64,000 bases of DNA from Actinomycetota bacterium (GTDB taxonomy: Bacteria > Actinomycetota > Actinomycetes > Propionibacteriales > Nocardioidaceae), in NCBI GenBank assembly GCA_046735295.1, contig JBKPTA010000006.1, positions 26,074 to 90,073 of the forward strand. Reading direction: 5' to 3'. A program made the position numbers and the translations under genes. The notes below the pieces were generated by a model, which saw only the letters and a list, made by a program, of their open reading frames with translations, did no database searches and was not told the origin of the DNA. How positions within the stretch are numbered: position 1 is the first letter of the stretch; each line of letters begins with the position of its first letter. Shown here piece after piece: positions 9,500 through 18,887 of this stretch.

Positions 9500-9951
9500 G
9501 CCGCCGCGGGGTCGCGGCCGCGGGCTGCGCGGCCGCGCTGCTGACCGGATGCCACCACAGCGTGGCGGGGAGTGGTGCCGCCCGCTCCTCCGACCAGGAG
9601 CGTGGCATCGCCCAGAGGGTCGCCCACGAGCAGCAGGAGAAGGTGACCGGGACGTTCCTGGTCGCCACCTACCGGCCAGACGCCGGAGACATCGCGCAGT
9701 CCAACACCGGTCACCGGTGCACCGCCGGACACACGCTCCTGGTACGCCTGGTGTGGAACAAGGACGCGGGGTTCGACCACGGCGGGGTCGTGGGTGCTCC
9801 CCCGGACGGCCCACGGAAGGCGCTCGAGCTGACGGTCAACGTCCCCTCGGGCCAGGTCTGCCTGATGGGGGCGTCCTACTCCCACGTGAGACCCCGGCCG
9901 GGGGAGATCTACCTCTACGGTCCACGCCGGGACCTGGTCACCCCGCAGTGA
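9496..9951 (+). CDS. putative lipoprotein
   Basis: GTG 9496 overlaps the upstream stop (GTGA). The signal peptide plus lipobox reads VSRRGVAAAGCAAALLTGC. It is in frame with ORF 8980..9951. Confidence 0.5.
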   Translation: MSRRGVAAAGCAAALLTGCHHSVAGSGAARSSDQERGIAQRVAHEQQEKVTGTFLVATYRPDAGDIAQSNTGHRCTAGHTLLVRLVWNKDAGFDHGGVVGAPPDGPRKALELTVNVPSGQVCLMGASYSHVRPRPGEIYLYGPRRDLVTPQ

Positions 9952-11455
9952 ACGAGATCGTGTGCCAGCCGGAGGCGCCGTTCGGCACCACGCCGACCCG
10001 CACAGCCGTCTGGACCTGACCGTCGTCGTTGACCGCGCGTACCGCGAGCTGGTGGTCGCCGGGGCCGGCGTCGACGGTGGCGGCCCACTGGACCCAGGAG
10101 TCGGGGAGGACCTTCCGGGCCAGGGTCGCCTCCTGCCAGCCACTCCCGTCGAGCTGCACCTGGACCGCCGAGATGCCGGTGTTCTGCTGCCAGGCCAGGC
10201 CGCCGACGCGCACCTGCCCCGCCTTCAGGTGCTGGCCGTTGTGAGGCACATCGATGCGCGACGCGAGCTTCACCGGCCCCTCGGCGGACCATCCGCGTTC
10301 GGTCCAGTACGCCGTGAAGGCGTCGAAGCGGGTCACCTCGATGTCGCGCACCCACTTGCAGGCCGACACGTAGCCGTACAGACCGGGCACCAGGGTGCGC
10401 ACCGGGAATCCGTGCTCGATCGGGAGCGGTTCGCCGTTCATCGCGTAGGCGAGCATCGCGCCGCGGTCGTCCAGCAGGGTCGAGAGCGGCGTTCCGCAGG
10501 TCCAGCCGTCGTCCGAGGTCTGCTTGACGGCGTCCGCCCCTTGCCGCACCCCGGCGTCGCGCAGGATGTCCTTCAGCGTCGTGCCGCTCCACCAGGCGTT
10601 GCTGATCAGCGGGCCGCCGACGGGGTTGGAGACACAGTTGAGCGTCATCCACATCTCGCTGCGGGGGCGCCCCAGGAGGTCGTCGTAGGTCAGGGTCAGC
10701 TCGCGGTCGACCAGGCCGTGGATGCGGACGGTCCAGTCGCGGGGTGAGATCGCCGGCGGCACGAGAGAGGTGTCGATCCGGTAGAAGCGACTGTTCGGGG
10801 TCTGCCACGCCGCGATGCCGTCGAGCCCCACCTCGACCCCCGCGGGCGGGCCAGGGTCAGCCACACCGCCGAGGTCGAGGGACTCGCGGGCAGCGTCCAC
10901 GGCCCGTCGATGGCCGCCGACGCGCCACCCCAACAGGCCGACGACGATGCTGCCCGCACCGACCCCCGCGGCGAGCAGCAGGAAGCGCCGCTGCCCGTCG
11001 GCTCCGGCGCGGGCCTCACCGGCGGGCCGGGGACGGAGGTCTGCGGTGAGCACGCCCAGCAGGGCCAGCCAGGTCAGGACGCCGACGAGGCTCGGGACGA
11101 TGCCGGTGGCGGGCGCGTCGTACTGGGACTGGTTGGCGACCAGCGCGAGCACGGCGAGGACGACGAACCCCGTGACGGCCGCGCCGTAGGCGCGCCCGGC
11201 CAGCAGGCCGAAGCCGGCGAACAGCAGCAGCACCACGACCAGGACGCCGGAGACCAGCAGCGGCTTGTCGTGCCGCCCCACGACCTGGATCGCCTGCTCG
11301 GCGACCGGCCCGGGGGTCAGCCGGATCACCAGCTCGGCGACGTCGGTGACCGGGTTGCCGCGGAGCCCGAGCCAGGTCGCGGTCAGGTAGGAGGTGGCGA
11401 GACCTCCGAGGCCGGCGAGGAGGCCGGCCAGCGCCCACCGCGCACGCATCCGCAC
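9938..11455 (-). CDS. membrane-anchored molybdopterin-dependent (sulfite-oxidase-family) oxidoreductase
   Basis: There is an N-terminal multi-TM region, then ...[37 protein letters not shown]...[20 protein letters not shown]...[21 protein letters not shown]. Confidence 0.8.
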   Translation of the reverse strand: MRMRARWALAGLLAGLGGLATSYLTATWLGLRGNPVTDVAELVIRLTPGPVAEQAIQVVGRHDKPLLVSGVLVVVLLLFAGFGLLAGRAYGAAVTGFVVLAVLALVANQSQYDAPATGIVPSLVGVLTWLALLGVLTADLRPRPAGEARAGADGQRRFLLLAAGVGAGSIVVGLLGWRVGGHRRAVDAARESLDLGGVADPGPPAGVEVGLDGIAAWQTPNSRFYRIDTSLVPPAISPRDWTVRIHGLVDRELTLTYDDLLGRPRSEMWMTLNCVSNPVGGPLISNAWWSGTTLKDILRDAGVRQGADAVKQTSDDGWTCGTPLSTLLDDRGAMLAYAMNGEPLPIEHGFPVRTLVPGLYGYVSACKWVRDIEVTRFDAFTAYWTERGWSAEGPVKLASRIDVPHNGQHLKAGQVRVGGLAWQQNTGISAVQVQLDGSGWQEATLARKVLPDSWVQWAATVDAGPGDHQLAVRAVNDDGQVQTAVRVGVVPNGASGWHTISFTAG

Positions 11456-11486
11456 ACCCCGATTGTCGCTCGGGCATGATCAGCCC

Positions 11487-11972
11487 GTGGCCGGAAGTCC
11501 TGACGATCTGCGAACGGGCGTCGGGGTCGACGTCCACCGCCTCGCCGACGGCGTTCCGCTGCACCTCGCGGGACTGCACTGGCCCGACGAGCCGCAGGGC
11601 CTCCAGGGTCACTCCGACGGCGACGTGTGCGCCCACGCCATCTGCGACGCCCTCCTGTCGGCGGCGGGGCTGGGCGACCTCGGCAGCACCTTCGGCACGG
11701 CGGAGCCGGAGTGGGCCGGGGCATCCGGTGTCGCCCTGCTCACCGAGACCGCCATCCGGGTGCGACGCGCCGGGTACGCGATCGGGCACGTCGCCTGCCA
11801 GGTCATCGGCAACCGTCCCCGCCTCGGCCCCCGCCGTGAGGAGGCGACCGACGTTCTCTCCACGGCGGTGGGCGCCCCGGTGTCGCTCTCCGCGACCACC
11901 ACGGACGGCCTCGGTCTCACCGGACGGGGCGAGGGCGTGGCCGCGGTGGCCACCGTGCTGCTGCGCCGATGA
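11487..11972 (+). CDS. ispF: 2-C-methyl-D-erythritol 2,4-cyclodiphosphate synthase
   Basis: [58 protein letters not shown]... is classic IspF. The start is taken at GTG 11487 and is uncertain by a few codons. Confidence 0.9.
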   Translation: MAGSPDDLRTGVGVDVHRLADGVPLHLAGLHWPDEPQGLQGHSDGDVCAHAICDALLSAAGLGDLGSTFGTAEPEWAGASGVALLTETAIRVRRAGYAIGHVACQVIGNRPRLGPRREEATDVLSTAVGAPVSLSATTTDGLGLTGRGEGVAAVATVLLRR

Positions 11973-12652
11973 GGACTGCGGTCGTCGTCCTCGCCGCCGG
12001 CGCCGGGACGCGCGTGGGTGGAGACGTGAACAAGGTGCTGCTGCCGGTCGCCGGCGTCCCGGTCGTCGCCCGGTCCGTGCGCACGGCGTGCGCGGTCCAC
12101 GGCGTACTCCGCGTGGTGCTGGTCGTCCGCGCGGGCGACGGCGAAGCCGTCCGAGTGACGGTCGAGCCCCATCTGCCGGGCGACGGGCCCGAGGTGGCGA
12201 TGGTGACAGGTGGTGAGACACGGCATCGGTCGGAGTGGGCCGCGCTCCAGCTGCTCGCGCCCGCGATCGAGGCGGGCGAGATCGACGTCGTCGCGATGCA
12301 CGACGCCGCCCGGCCGCTGGCGAGCGTGGCGCTCTACGAAGCCGTGCTCGCGACTGCAGGGCGGCTCGGAGGTGCGATCCCGGCCGCCCGGCTCGACGAC
12401 CTGGTCTCGGTCGAGGGGGCCGCTGTTCCGGAGATGCTGGTCGGGGTCCAGACGCCGCAGGCGTTCCGTGCCGCGGACCTGCTGGCCGCCCATCGCGCCG
12501 CCGCCGCGGACGGCTTCGAGGCCACCGACACCGCCGGGTGCCTCGCCCGCTACTCGGACCTGGTGATCGGCGCTGTCGCGTCGGGCGCGGGGAACCTCAA
12601 GGTCACCGTGGCCGGCGACCTGCAGGTCGCCGAGCACCTCAGCGTGCGGTGA
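11969..12652 (+). CDS. ispD: 2-C-methyl-D-erythritol 4-phosphate cytidylyltransferase
   Basis: [27 protein letters not shown]... (the AAGxGxR loop), ...[10 protein letters not shown]..., ...VQTPQAF.... Its ATG overlaps the ispF stop (ATGA). Confidence 0.9.
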   Translation: MRTAVVVLAAGAGTRVGGDVNKVLLPVAGVPVVARSVRTACAVHGVLRVVLVVRAGDGEAVRVTVEPHLPGDGPEVAMVTGGETRHRSEWAALQLLAPAIEAGEIDVVAMHDAARPLASVALYEAVLATAGRLGGAIPAARLDDLVSVEGAAVPEMLVGVQTPQAFRAADLLAAHRAAAADGFEATDTAGCLARYSDLVIGAVASGAGNLKVTVAGDLQVAEHLSVR

Positions 12653-13244
12653 GGACCTCGAGCCTCGCCACGTCGTCGAGGTCGTGCAGCCGCATCGCCG
12701 TCGGCGGTGCGTCCAGCAGCTCGACGGCGTGGTCGGCGCGCAGCGCCCCCAGCGCCTCGACGAAGTCGGTGTGAGGCCAGGTCGGGAGGCCGGTGACGAC
12801 GCCGGCGGGAAGGACGATGGGGGAGCAGAGATGTCTCAGCCCTTCACGATCGACGGTCCGGCCGACGAGCGGCCCGTCCGCACCCTCCAGGAGCTCCTTG
12901 ACGGTGTCGGTCACCGCCCGGGCCGCCGCCACCACGACGTCCCGCTCGGTCGCCCGGCGTACGCAGGCGGCGATGAGGGCCGGCGGCACCCCCGGGCACA
13001 GGGCGTCGTGCCAGACCAGCGGCAGCCCGGCGGCGCGAACCGCCGACCACGGGGTCGTCAGGTCGAGCAGCTGCACGCCGGCCTCACCCAGCGCCCAGGC
13101 CGCGCAGGCGACCAGGGACTCCCCGTGGAGCAGGGCGAACGGGAGGGACCCGCGGTCGCGCTCGACCACCACCCCGAGCGCAGTGGGCTCCTCCTCGTCC
13201 ATGGCCGCGCAGACTAGCCCGGAGATGGCGAAGGCCCCGCCCAC
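12639..13244 (-). CDS. IspD-like protein with a degenerate CTP-binding loop
   Basis: 201-aa ORF directly downstream of carD, the canonical ispD position. It retains [10 protein letters not shown] (compare HDaaRP), AVTDTVKEL (compare DTiK) and [10 protein letters not shown], but the N-terminus reads [10 protein letters not shown] instead of AAGxGxRxG. Confidence 0.6.
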   Translation of the reverse strand: MGGAFAISGLVCAAMDEEEPTALGVVVERDRGSLPFALLHGESLVACAAWALGEAGVQLLDLTTPWSAVRAAGLPLVWHDALCPGVPPALIAACVRRATERDVVVAAARAVTDTVKELLEGADGPLVGRTVDREGLRHLCSPIVLPAGVVTGLPTWPHTDFVEALGALRADHAVELLDAPPTAMRLHDLDDVARLEVLTAR

Positions 13245-13286
13245 CGAGGTGGTGCAGGGCCTTCGTCAATCGGCTCTCAAACCGAA

Positions 13287-13772
13287 TCAGGATGCGAGGA
13301 CCTCGTCGAGGATCGCCTCGGCCTTGTCCTCGTTGGTGTTCTCGGCCAGCGCCAGCTCCGAGACGAGGATCTGGCGCGCCTTGGCCAGCATCCGCTTCTC
13401 GCCGGCCGACAGCCCGCGGTCGCGCTCCCGGCGCCACAGGTCGCGCACGACCTCCGACACCTTCATCACGTCGCCGCTGTGCAGCTTCTCGAGGTTCGCC
13501 TTGTAACGGCGCGACCAGTTGGTCGGCTCCTCGACGTGTGCTGCACGCAGGATGTCGAAGACCCTTTCCAGCCCGTCCTTGTCGACCACGTCGCGAACGC
13601 CGACGAGGTCGAGGTTGCACGCGGGCACGCGCACAACGAGATCCTGCTGGGCCACGATGCGCAGGACGAGGTACTGCTTGTCCTCACCCTTGATCTTGCG
13701 CATTTCGATGTCTTCGATGACAGCGGCCCCGTGATTGGGATACACAACCGTTTCGCCCACGGTGAAAGACAT
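13287..13772 (-). CDS. carD: CarD-family RNA-polymerase-binding transcription regulator
   Basis: [39 protein letters not shown]... is a highly conserved CarD sequence. Confidence 0.95.
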   Translation of the reverse strand: MSFTVGETVVYPNHGAAVIEDIEMRKIKGEDKQYLVLRIVAQQDLVVRVPACNLDLVGVRDVVDKDGLERVFDILRAAHVEEPTNWSRRYKANLEKLHSGDVMKVSEVVRDLWRRERDRGLSAGEKRMLAKARQILVSELALAENTNEDKAEAILDEVLAS

Positions 13773-13802
13773 GTGCTCAGTACCACCCTTCTACTGGTCA
13801 CC

Positions 13803-13811
13803 ATTCTAACA
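13803..13811 (-). promoter_or_regulatory. candidate extended -10 (TGtTAGAAT) of the carD promoter
   Basis: The minus strand reads ...cgcacgTGTTAGAATggtgaccagtagaagggtggtactgagcacATG. The hexamer lies about 30 nt upstream of the carD ATG, with an SD-like GAAGGGTGG between them. It is a local AT-rich island. Confidence 0.35.
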
Positions 13812-13999
13812 CGTGCGCGCGACTGCCCCTCGAGCGTCTCCGCAGGTCAGACGCGGTTTCGGGGCTTGACAGATCGCTTGCCGATGTGCCTTGTCCAAAG
13901 ACGGTTCGCCGATGGCCGGACGCGCGCGCCGCGACGGAGGCACGCTGCGCCCCACTCGACCTCACTCGGCCGCTGCGCGCATGCCGGATACTGCTGGCC

Positions 14000-14767
14000 A
14001 TGGCCGGCCCGGAGACCAGCGCCGAGACCGGCGACGCGCGGCGTTCGCGGGGGGCGTCCGGCATCGTTCGTCTCACGCCGGTCCAGCTCGCCCGGGCCGC
14101 CCGTCCTCGGCAGGCCCTGCTCACCGCGCTGGGGCTCGCGCTGGCGGCCGCGCTGTCCGGCCGCCCGGCACGGGAGGTCGGTCTGGTGGCGGTGACGGTG
14201 CTCGTGGGCCAGGCCCTGCTGGGCTGGGACAACGACCTGGTCGACGAGAGGGCCGACCACGACGACGGACGCACGACCAAGCCACTGGTCGGTGGCGGCC
14301 TCGACCGAGGGACGCTCGGGTTCGCTCTGGCCTGTGCGGTGCTCCTCGTGGTGCCCCTGGCGTTGTCGAGCGGCGTGGAGGCCGGGCTCTCCTATCTCCT
14401 CTCACTCGGTGCCGGGGTGCTCGGCAACCGCGTGCTGCGTACCGGGTGGCTGTCGTGGCTGCCCTGGGCGGTCGCGTTCGCGCTGTACCCGGCGTACCTC
14501 TCCTACGGCGGATGGGGCGGCGGGACGCAGGGAGAGCCGCCGACGATCGCGATGACGGTGGCGGCCGCCTTCCTCGGGGTCGGCGTGCACGCCATGGCCG
14601 CACTCGGGGGGCTGGTGGAGGACAACCGGGCAGGCCGCCGACACGTCCCGCTGCGGCTCGCGCTGCGGTGGGGCGCTCCGCGCCTGCTGGTCCTCGCCTG
14701 CGTCTACTGCGCTCTCGTCGTGGCGGTCATCGTGATGGTCGGGGGGACCGTCGGACTGTCGCAGTAG
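14000..14767 (+). CDS. UbiA-family prenyltransferase (membrane)
   Basis: In the frame of ORF 13886..14767 from MAGPETS, the protein is polytopic and hydrophobic with the Asp-rich motif GWDNDLVDERADHDDGRTTKPLV. Confidence 0.7.
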   Translation: MAGPETSAETGDARRSRGASGIVRLTPVQLARAARPRQALLTALGLALAAALSGRPAREVGLVAVTVLVGQALLGWDNDLVDERADHDDGRTTKPLVGGGLDRGTLGFALACAVLLVVPLALSSGVEAGLSYLLSLGAGVLGNRVLRTGWLSWLPWAVAFALYPAYLSYGGWGGGTQGEPPTIAMTVAAAFLGVGVHAMAALGGLVEDNRAGRRHVPLRLALRWGAPRLLVLACVYCALVVAVIVMVGGTVGLSQ

Positions 14768-14800
14768 GACCCCGCGGGAGGCCCGAGACAGCCCGCTAGT

Positions 14801-15379
14801 GTGTCGCCCGTGAACCCGGGACGGATCCGCTGGCTCGGCGGTCGACGCGCCCTGGCGCTCGCAGGGGCCGGTCTCGTCGCGTCCGCCACGCTCGCCGCGT
14901 GCGGTTTCGACTACCCGACCGACCGGATCAACAACCTCACCGCGGGGGTCGACTACCGTGACGGAACCGTCGAGATCCTGAACGCGGTCGTGGTCGCCGA
15001 CCAGGCGAACAGTGGGACGTTCGTCGCCACCTTCGTCAACGACAGCACGAACCGCTCGGTCAGCCTCCAGTCCGTCTCCGGTGACAACACCGCGATCGCC
15101 AACGCCGATGCGTCGCCGTTCACGCTGCAGCCGGGCTCCCTCCGCAACCTCGCCGCGGACGGCGGGATCCCGGTCAGCGGCACGTTCGCCTCCGGACAGT
15201 TCGTCAACCTGTCCTTCCAGTTCGACGACGGCGAGACTGCGGATCTCACGGTGCCCGTGGTCCAGGCCAGCGGGCAGTGGGCGGGACTCGACACCGCCAC
15301 GCCGTCGGCCAGTCCGGGCAGCGCGTCCAGCGAGGCGTCCGCCACGGCGACGGCAACCCCGACCGACGCGGCGAGCTGA
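14801..15379 (+). CDS. putative secreted lipoprotein
   Basis: The signal/lipobox reads ...[18 protein letters not shown], and the C-terminus is a Ser/Ala/Thr-rich tail. No family was recognised. Confidence 0.6.
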   Translation: MSPVNPGRIRWLGGRRALALAGAGLVASATLAACGFDYPTDRINNLTAGVDYRDGTVEILNAVVVADQANSGTFVATFVNDSTNRSVSLQSVSGDNTAIANADASPFTLQPGSLRNLAADGGIPVSGTFASGQFVNLSFQFDDGETADLTVPVVQASGQWAGLDTATPSASPGSASSEASATATATPTDAAS

Positions 15380-15380
15380 C

Positions 15381-16124
15381 GTGGCCCACACCCTCGTCCT
15401 GCTCCGACACGGCGAGAGCGTCTGGAACGCCGAGAACCTCTTCACCGGCTGGGTCGACGTGGACCTCTCCGATCTCGGCCGGACCGAGGCAAGGCGCGGC
15501 GGTGAGCAGCTGCGCGACGCCGGGATCCTGCCGGACGTCGTCCACACCTCACTGCTCCGGCGGGCGATCAACACCGCGGTGATCGCGCTCGACGTCGCGG
15601 ACCGGCACTGGATCCCCGTGCGCCGCAGCTGGCGCCTCAACGAGCGGCACTACGGTGCCCTCCAGGGCAAGAACAAGAAGCAGACCCTCGAGCAGTACGG
15701 CGAGGAGCAGTTCATGCTGTGGCGCCGCTCGTACGACGTACCACCGCCTCCCCTGGACGACGACGACGAGTTCTCGCAGGCTCACGACGTGCAGTACGCC
15801 GACCTCGGCGACGAGCTGCCCCGTAGCGAGTGCCTCAAGGACGTGATCGGCCGACTCCTGCCCTACTGGGACGGACCGCTCGCCGAAGACGTGCACGCGG
15901 GGTCCACGGTGCTGGTGGCTGCGCACGGCAACAGCCTCCGCGCCATCGTCAAGCACCTCGACGACATCAGCGACGACGACATCGCCGGGCTCAACATCCC
16001 GACCGGGATGCCCCTGGTCTACGAGCTCGACGACGATCTCCGGCCCACCGTGCGTGGTGGGCGCTACCTCGACCCCGAGGCCGCCGCCGAGGCCGCCGCG
16101 GCGGTGGCCCGGCAGGGCCGGTAG
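15381..16124 (+). CDS. gpmA: 2,3-bisphosphoglycerate-dependent phosphoglycerate mutase
   Basis: From GTG 15381 it reads [30 protein letters not shown]...[18 protein letters not shown]...[11 protein letters not shown]. Confidence 0.95.
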   Translation: MAHTLVLLRHGESVWNAENLFTGWVDVDLSDLGRTEARRGGEQLRDAGILPDVVHTSLLRRAINTAVIALDVADRHWIPVRRSWRLNERHYGALQGKNKKQTLEQYGEEQFMLWRRSYDVPPPPLDDDDEFSQAHDVQYADLGDELPRSECLKDVIGRLLPYWDGPLAEDVHAGSTVLVAAHGNSLRAIVKHLDDISDDDIAGLNIPTGMPLVYELDDDLRPTVRGGRYLDPEAAAEAAAAVARQGR

Positions 16125-16136
16125 GCACACGCCGCC

Positions 16137-16196
16137 CTCGGTCGAGCGAGACGCGTCGGCCGAGCGAGCTGCGTCGGTCGAGCCCGTCGAGACCAC
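16137..16196. repeat. 18-bp tandem repeat with GTCGGTCGAG core (locus A, about 3 units, ends GTCGAGACCAC)
   Basis: The sequence reads ctcggtcgagcgagacgc / gtcggccgagcgagctgc / gtcggtcgagcccgtcgagaccac. It sits between the convergent gpmA and phoU. Confidence 0.7.
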
Positions 16197-16269
16197 CGCC
16201 GGGCTGCGCCCGGCAGGCGGCCCGAGCCCCGGCTCCGAGCTCGAACTACCGGCTCTCGGGCACGAAGCG

Positions 16270-16938
16270 CTATCCCTGCTCGAGCATCTCAGCTCGGACC
16301 GGGAACTGCCCGGTGACGACGAAGATCACCCGGTTGGCGACCGACACGGCGTGGTCGGCGATCCGCTCGTAGTACCGCCCGAGCAGGGCGATGTCGACTG
16401 CCGACTCGACACCGTGCTGCCAGTCGTCGGACAGCAGCTGGGTGAAGCTGCTCCGGCGCAACTGGTCCATCTCCTCGTCGTCACGACCGAGCTCGATCGC
16501 CGCCTCGACGTCCTTGTCGATGATCACCGACGACACGCGGCGCACCATGTCCTCGGCCACCTCGGCCATCCGCGCGATCGTCGGTCGCGCCTCCTGGGGG
16601 ACCGCGACGTCGGGCACGCGCAGCCGGGCGATCTTGGCGACGTGCACCGACAGGTCACCCATCCGTTCCAGCTCACTGACCATCCGCAGCGCCGACACCA
16701 CGACCCGGAGGTCTCCGGCCACGGGCTGCTGCAGCGACAGCAGCGAGAACGCCGTGTCCTCCACCCGTTCCCGGGCCGTGTCGATCTTGCCGTCGGCCTC
16801 GATGACGCGCTCGGCCACCTCGGCGTCGCCGTTCAGGAGCGCCCGCGTGGCGTGCCGGACAGAGGTCTCGACCTCGTGGCAGATCTCGGCGAGGTCGGAG
16901 TACATCGAGTCCAGCTGCTCGTGGAACGCTTCGCGCAT
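16270..16938 (-). CDS. phoU: phosphate signalling complex protein PhoU
   Basis: The tail of ORF 16270..18240 from MREAFHEQLDSMYSDLAEI... contains two PhoU repeats (...ELERMGDLSVHVAK... and ...RYYERIADHAVSVANRV). Confidence 0.9.
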   Translation of the reverse strand: MREAFHEQLDSMYSDLAEICHEVETSVRHATRALLNGDAEVAERVIEADGKIDTARERVEDTAFSLLSLQQPVAGDLRVVVSALRMVSELERMGDLSVHVAKIARLRVPDVAVPQEARPTIARMAEVAEDMVRRVSSVIIDKDVEAAIELGRDDEEMDQLRRSSFTQLLSDDWQHGVESAVDIALLGRYYERIADHAVSVANRVIFVVTGQFPVRAEMLEQG

Positions 16939-16980
16939 GTGCCCACGGTAGGCGCAGAAGGTGTCTGGACGGGGCCGAGC

Positions 16981-17013
16981 GGTGAACGGGCCGTGAACAG
17001 TCCGTGAGCACGC
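16981..17013. promoter_or_regulatory. PHO-box-like array: three 11-bp direct repeat units (GGTGAAC / CGTGAAC / CGTGAGC)
   Basis: ggtgaacgggc cgtgaacagtc cgtgagcacgc has an exact 11-nt period. On the phoU strand the cores read GTTCACC/GTTCACG/GCTCACG, matching the Streptomyces PhoP direct-repeat core GTTCACC. It lies in the phoU-senX3 divergent intergenic region. Confidence 0.5.
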
Positions 17014-17058
17014 TGTCCGCGGGCGAACGGTGGATGTCCGGATGCGTACGCTCTGGGT

Positions 17059-18195
17059 GTGAGCCCCACGACGCAGGCGTTCCTCGCCGCGCTCATCGGG
17101 GCAGTCGTCGCGGGGGGCGCCGTCCTCGCCTGGCACGTGAGTGATCGCCAGCAGCAGGCCGTCGCGCGGCCGGAGGAGCCGGCCCTGCCCGCGGGCGTCG
17201 CCGCCGTCCTCTCGGTACTGCGCAGCAGTGCGGTCGTCGTCGACGACGCGGACGAGGTGGTCAAGACGTCCGCCCCTGCGTTGGCCTTCGGGCTGGTCCG
17301 CGGACAGCGGCTGATGTCTGCGGAGCTGGCCGACCTGGTGCGGCAGGTACGCCGTGACGGCCAGATCCGGGAGACCGAGCTGACGATGCCGCGCCCCAGT
17401 GGCCCACCCCGCATGGTCACGGCCCGGGTCGCGCCGTTGAGCTCCCGTTTCGTCCTGGCGCTGGTGGAGGACCGCACCCGGGAGCGCCGGGTCGAAGCTG
17501 TGCGCCGCGACTTCGTCGCGAACGTGTCGCACGAGCTCAAGACACCGGTCGGGGCCATCAAGCTCTTGGCCGAGGCGGTGGCCGACGCCTCGGGTGACCC
17601 GGAGGCGGTCGAGCGCTTCGCCACCAGGATGCTGATCGAGAGCGACCGGCTCTCGCGGCTGGTGCAGCAGGTGATCGAGCTCTCGCGGTTGCAGGGCGAC
17701 GAGCCGCTCGAGGCGCCGGCAGTGGTGGACGTCGACGACGTGATCAAGCGCGCGGTCGACATCACGGTCATGGACGCCTCGAGCCGCAACATCTCGGTCG
17801 TCACGGGAGGCACGCAGGGGCTGACCATCTTCGGCAACGGGGAGCAGGTGTCCGCAGCCGTCACCAACCTCATCGCCAACGCCGTCGCCTACTCGGGCGA
17901 CGACTCGACCGTGCTGGTGTCGACCAGGCCCAACGGTGACATGGTGGAGATCTCGGTCGTGGACCAGGGGATCGGCATCCCCCACGACGAGCTGGATCGG
18001 ATCTTCGAGCGGTTCTACCGCGTCGATCCGGCTCGGCACCGATCCACCGGCGGGACCGGGCTGGGGCTCTCGATCGTCAAGCACGTCGCCGCCACGCATG
18101 GCGGCGACGTTCGTGTGTGGTCCATGGAGGGACAGGGCTCGACCTTCACCCTCTCCCTCCCCCGTTCGCAGCAGGAGGAGGAGTTCAGTCCATGA
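17059..18195 (+). CDS. senX3: phosphate-responsive sensor histidine kinase (SenX3/PhoR-like)
   Basis: The H-box RRDFVANVSHELKTPVGAI, the N-box NLIANAVAYS and the G-boxes DQGIGIP...GGTGLGLSIVKH are present. It has a single N-terminal TM helix. Confidence 0.85.
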   Translation: MSPTTQAFLAALIGAVVAGGAVLAWHVSDRQQQAVARPEEPALPAGVAAVLSVLRSSAVVVDDADEVVKTSAPALAFGLVRGQRLMSAELADLVRQVRRDGQIRETELTMPRPSGPPRMVTARVAPLSSRFVLALVEDRTRERRVEAVRRDFVANVSHELKTPVGAIKLLAEAVADASGDPEAVERFATRMLIESDRLSRLVQQVIELSRLQGDEPLEAPAVVDVDDVIKRAVDITVMDASSRNISVVTGGTQGLTIFGNGEQVSAAVTNLIANAVAYSGDDSTVLVSTRPNGDMVEISVVDQGIGIPHDELDRIFERFYRVDPARHRSTGGTGLGLSIVKHVAATHGGDVRVWSMEGQGSTFTLSLPRSQQEEEFSP

Positions 18196-18869
18196 CCCGA
18201 GTCCTGGTCGTCGACGACGAGGAGAGCTACGCCGACGCACTGTCGTACATGCTCCGCAAGGAGGGGTACGACGTGTCGCTGGCCGCCACCGGTCCCGATG
18301 CTCTCGCCGAGTTCGACCGGAACGGAGCCGACATCGTCCTGCTCGACCTCATGCTGCCCGGTCTTCCGGGCACCGAGGTCTGCCGCCAGATCCGCGCGGT
18401 CTCCAACGTCCCCGTGATCATGGTCAGCGCGAAGGACGACGAGGTCGACAAGATCGTGGGTCTGGAGCTCGGCGCCGACGACTACGTCACCAAGCCGTAC
18501 TCACCCCGCGAGCTCGTCGCCCGCATCCGCGCCGTGCTCCGCCGCGGCATCGAGCCGGACCTCTCCCCGATGACGCTCGAGGCGGGCCCGGTCCGGATGG
18601 ACGTCGAGCGGCACGTGGTCACCGTCGACGGCGAGCCGCAGAGACTGCCGCTGAAGGAGTTCGAGCTGCTCGAGCTCTTCCTGCGAAACCCCGGCAGAGT
18701 GCTCACCCGCAGCCAGCTGATCGACCGGGTCTGGGGCTCCGACTACGTCGGCGACACCAAGACCCTCGACGTCCACGTCAAGCGCCTCCGGGCCAAGCTC
18801 GAGCGCGATCCCTCCCAGCCGACGATGCTGGTGACGGTCCGGGGCCTGGGCTACAAGCTGGAGCTCTGA
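18192..18869 (+). CDS. regX3: OmpR-family response regulator (RegX3/PhoP-like)
   Basis: MTRVLVVDDEESYADALSYMLRKEGYDV...DLMLPGLPG... is followed by a winged-helix C-terminus ...TVRGLGYKLE. Its ATG overlaps the senX3 stop. Confidence 0.9.
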   Translation: MTRVLVVDDEESYADALSYMLRKEGYDVSLAATGPDALAEFDRNGADIVLLDLMLPGLPGTEVCRQIRAVSNVPVIMVSAKDDEVDKIVGLELGADDYVTKPYSPRELVARIRAVLRRGIEPDLSPMTLEAGPVRMDVERHVVTVDGEPQRLPLKEFELLELFLRNPGRVLTRSQLIDRVWGSDYVGDTKTLDVHVKRLRAKLERDPSQPTMLVTVRGLGYKLEL

Positions 18870-18887
18870 CATGTCGGGACACCCGCG

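Noticed and set aside
13866-13871. Plus-strand TTGACA as the -35 for the UbiA-family gene
   Set aside because: No acceptable -10 hexamer lies 16-19 nt downstream (only cttgtc). It was therefore not reported as a promoter.
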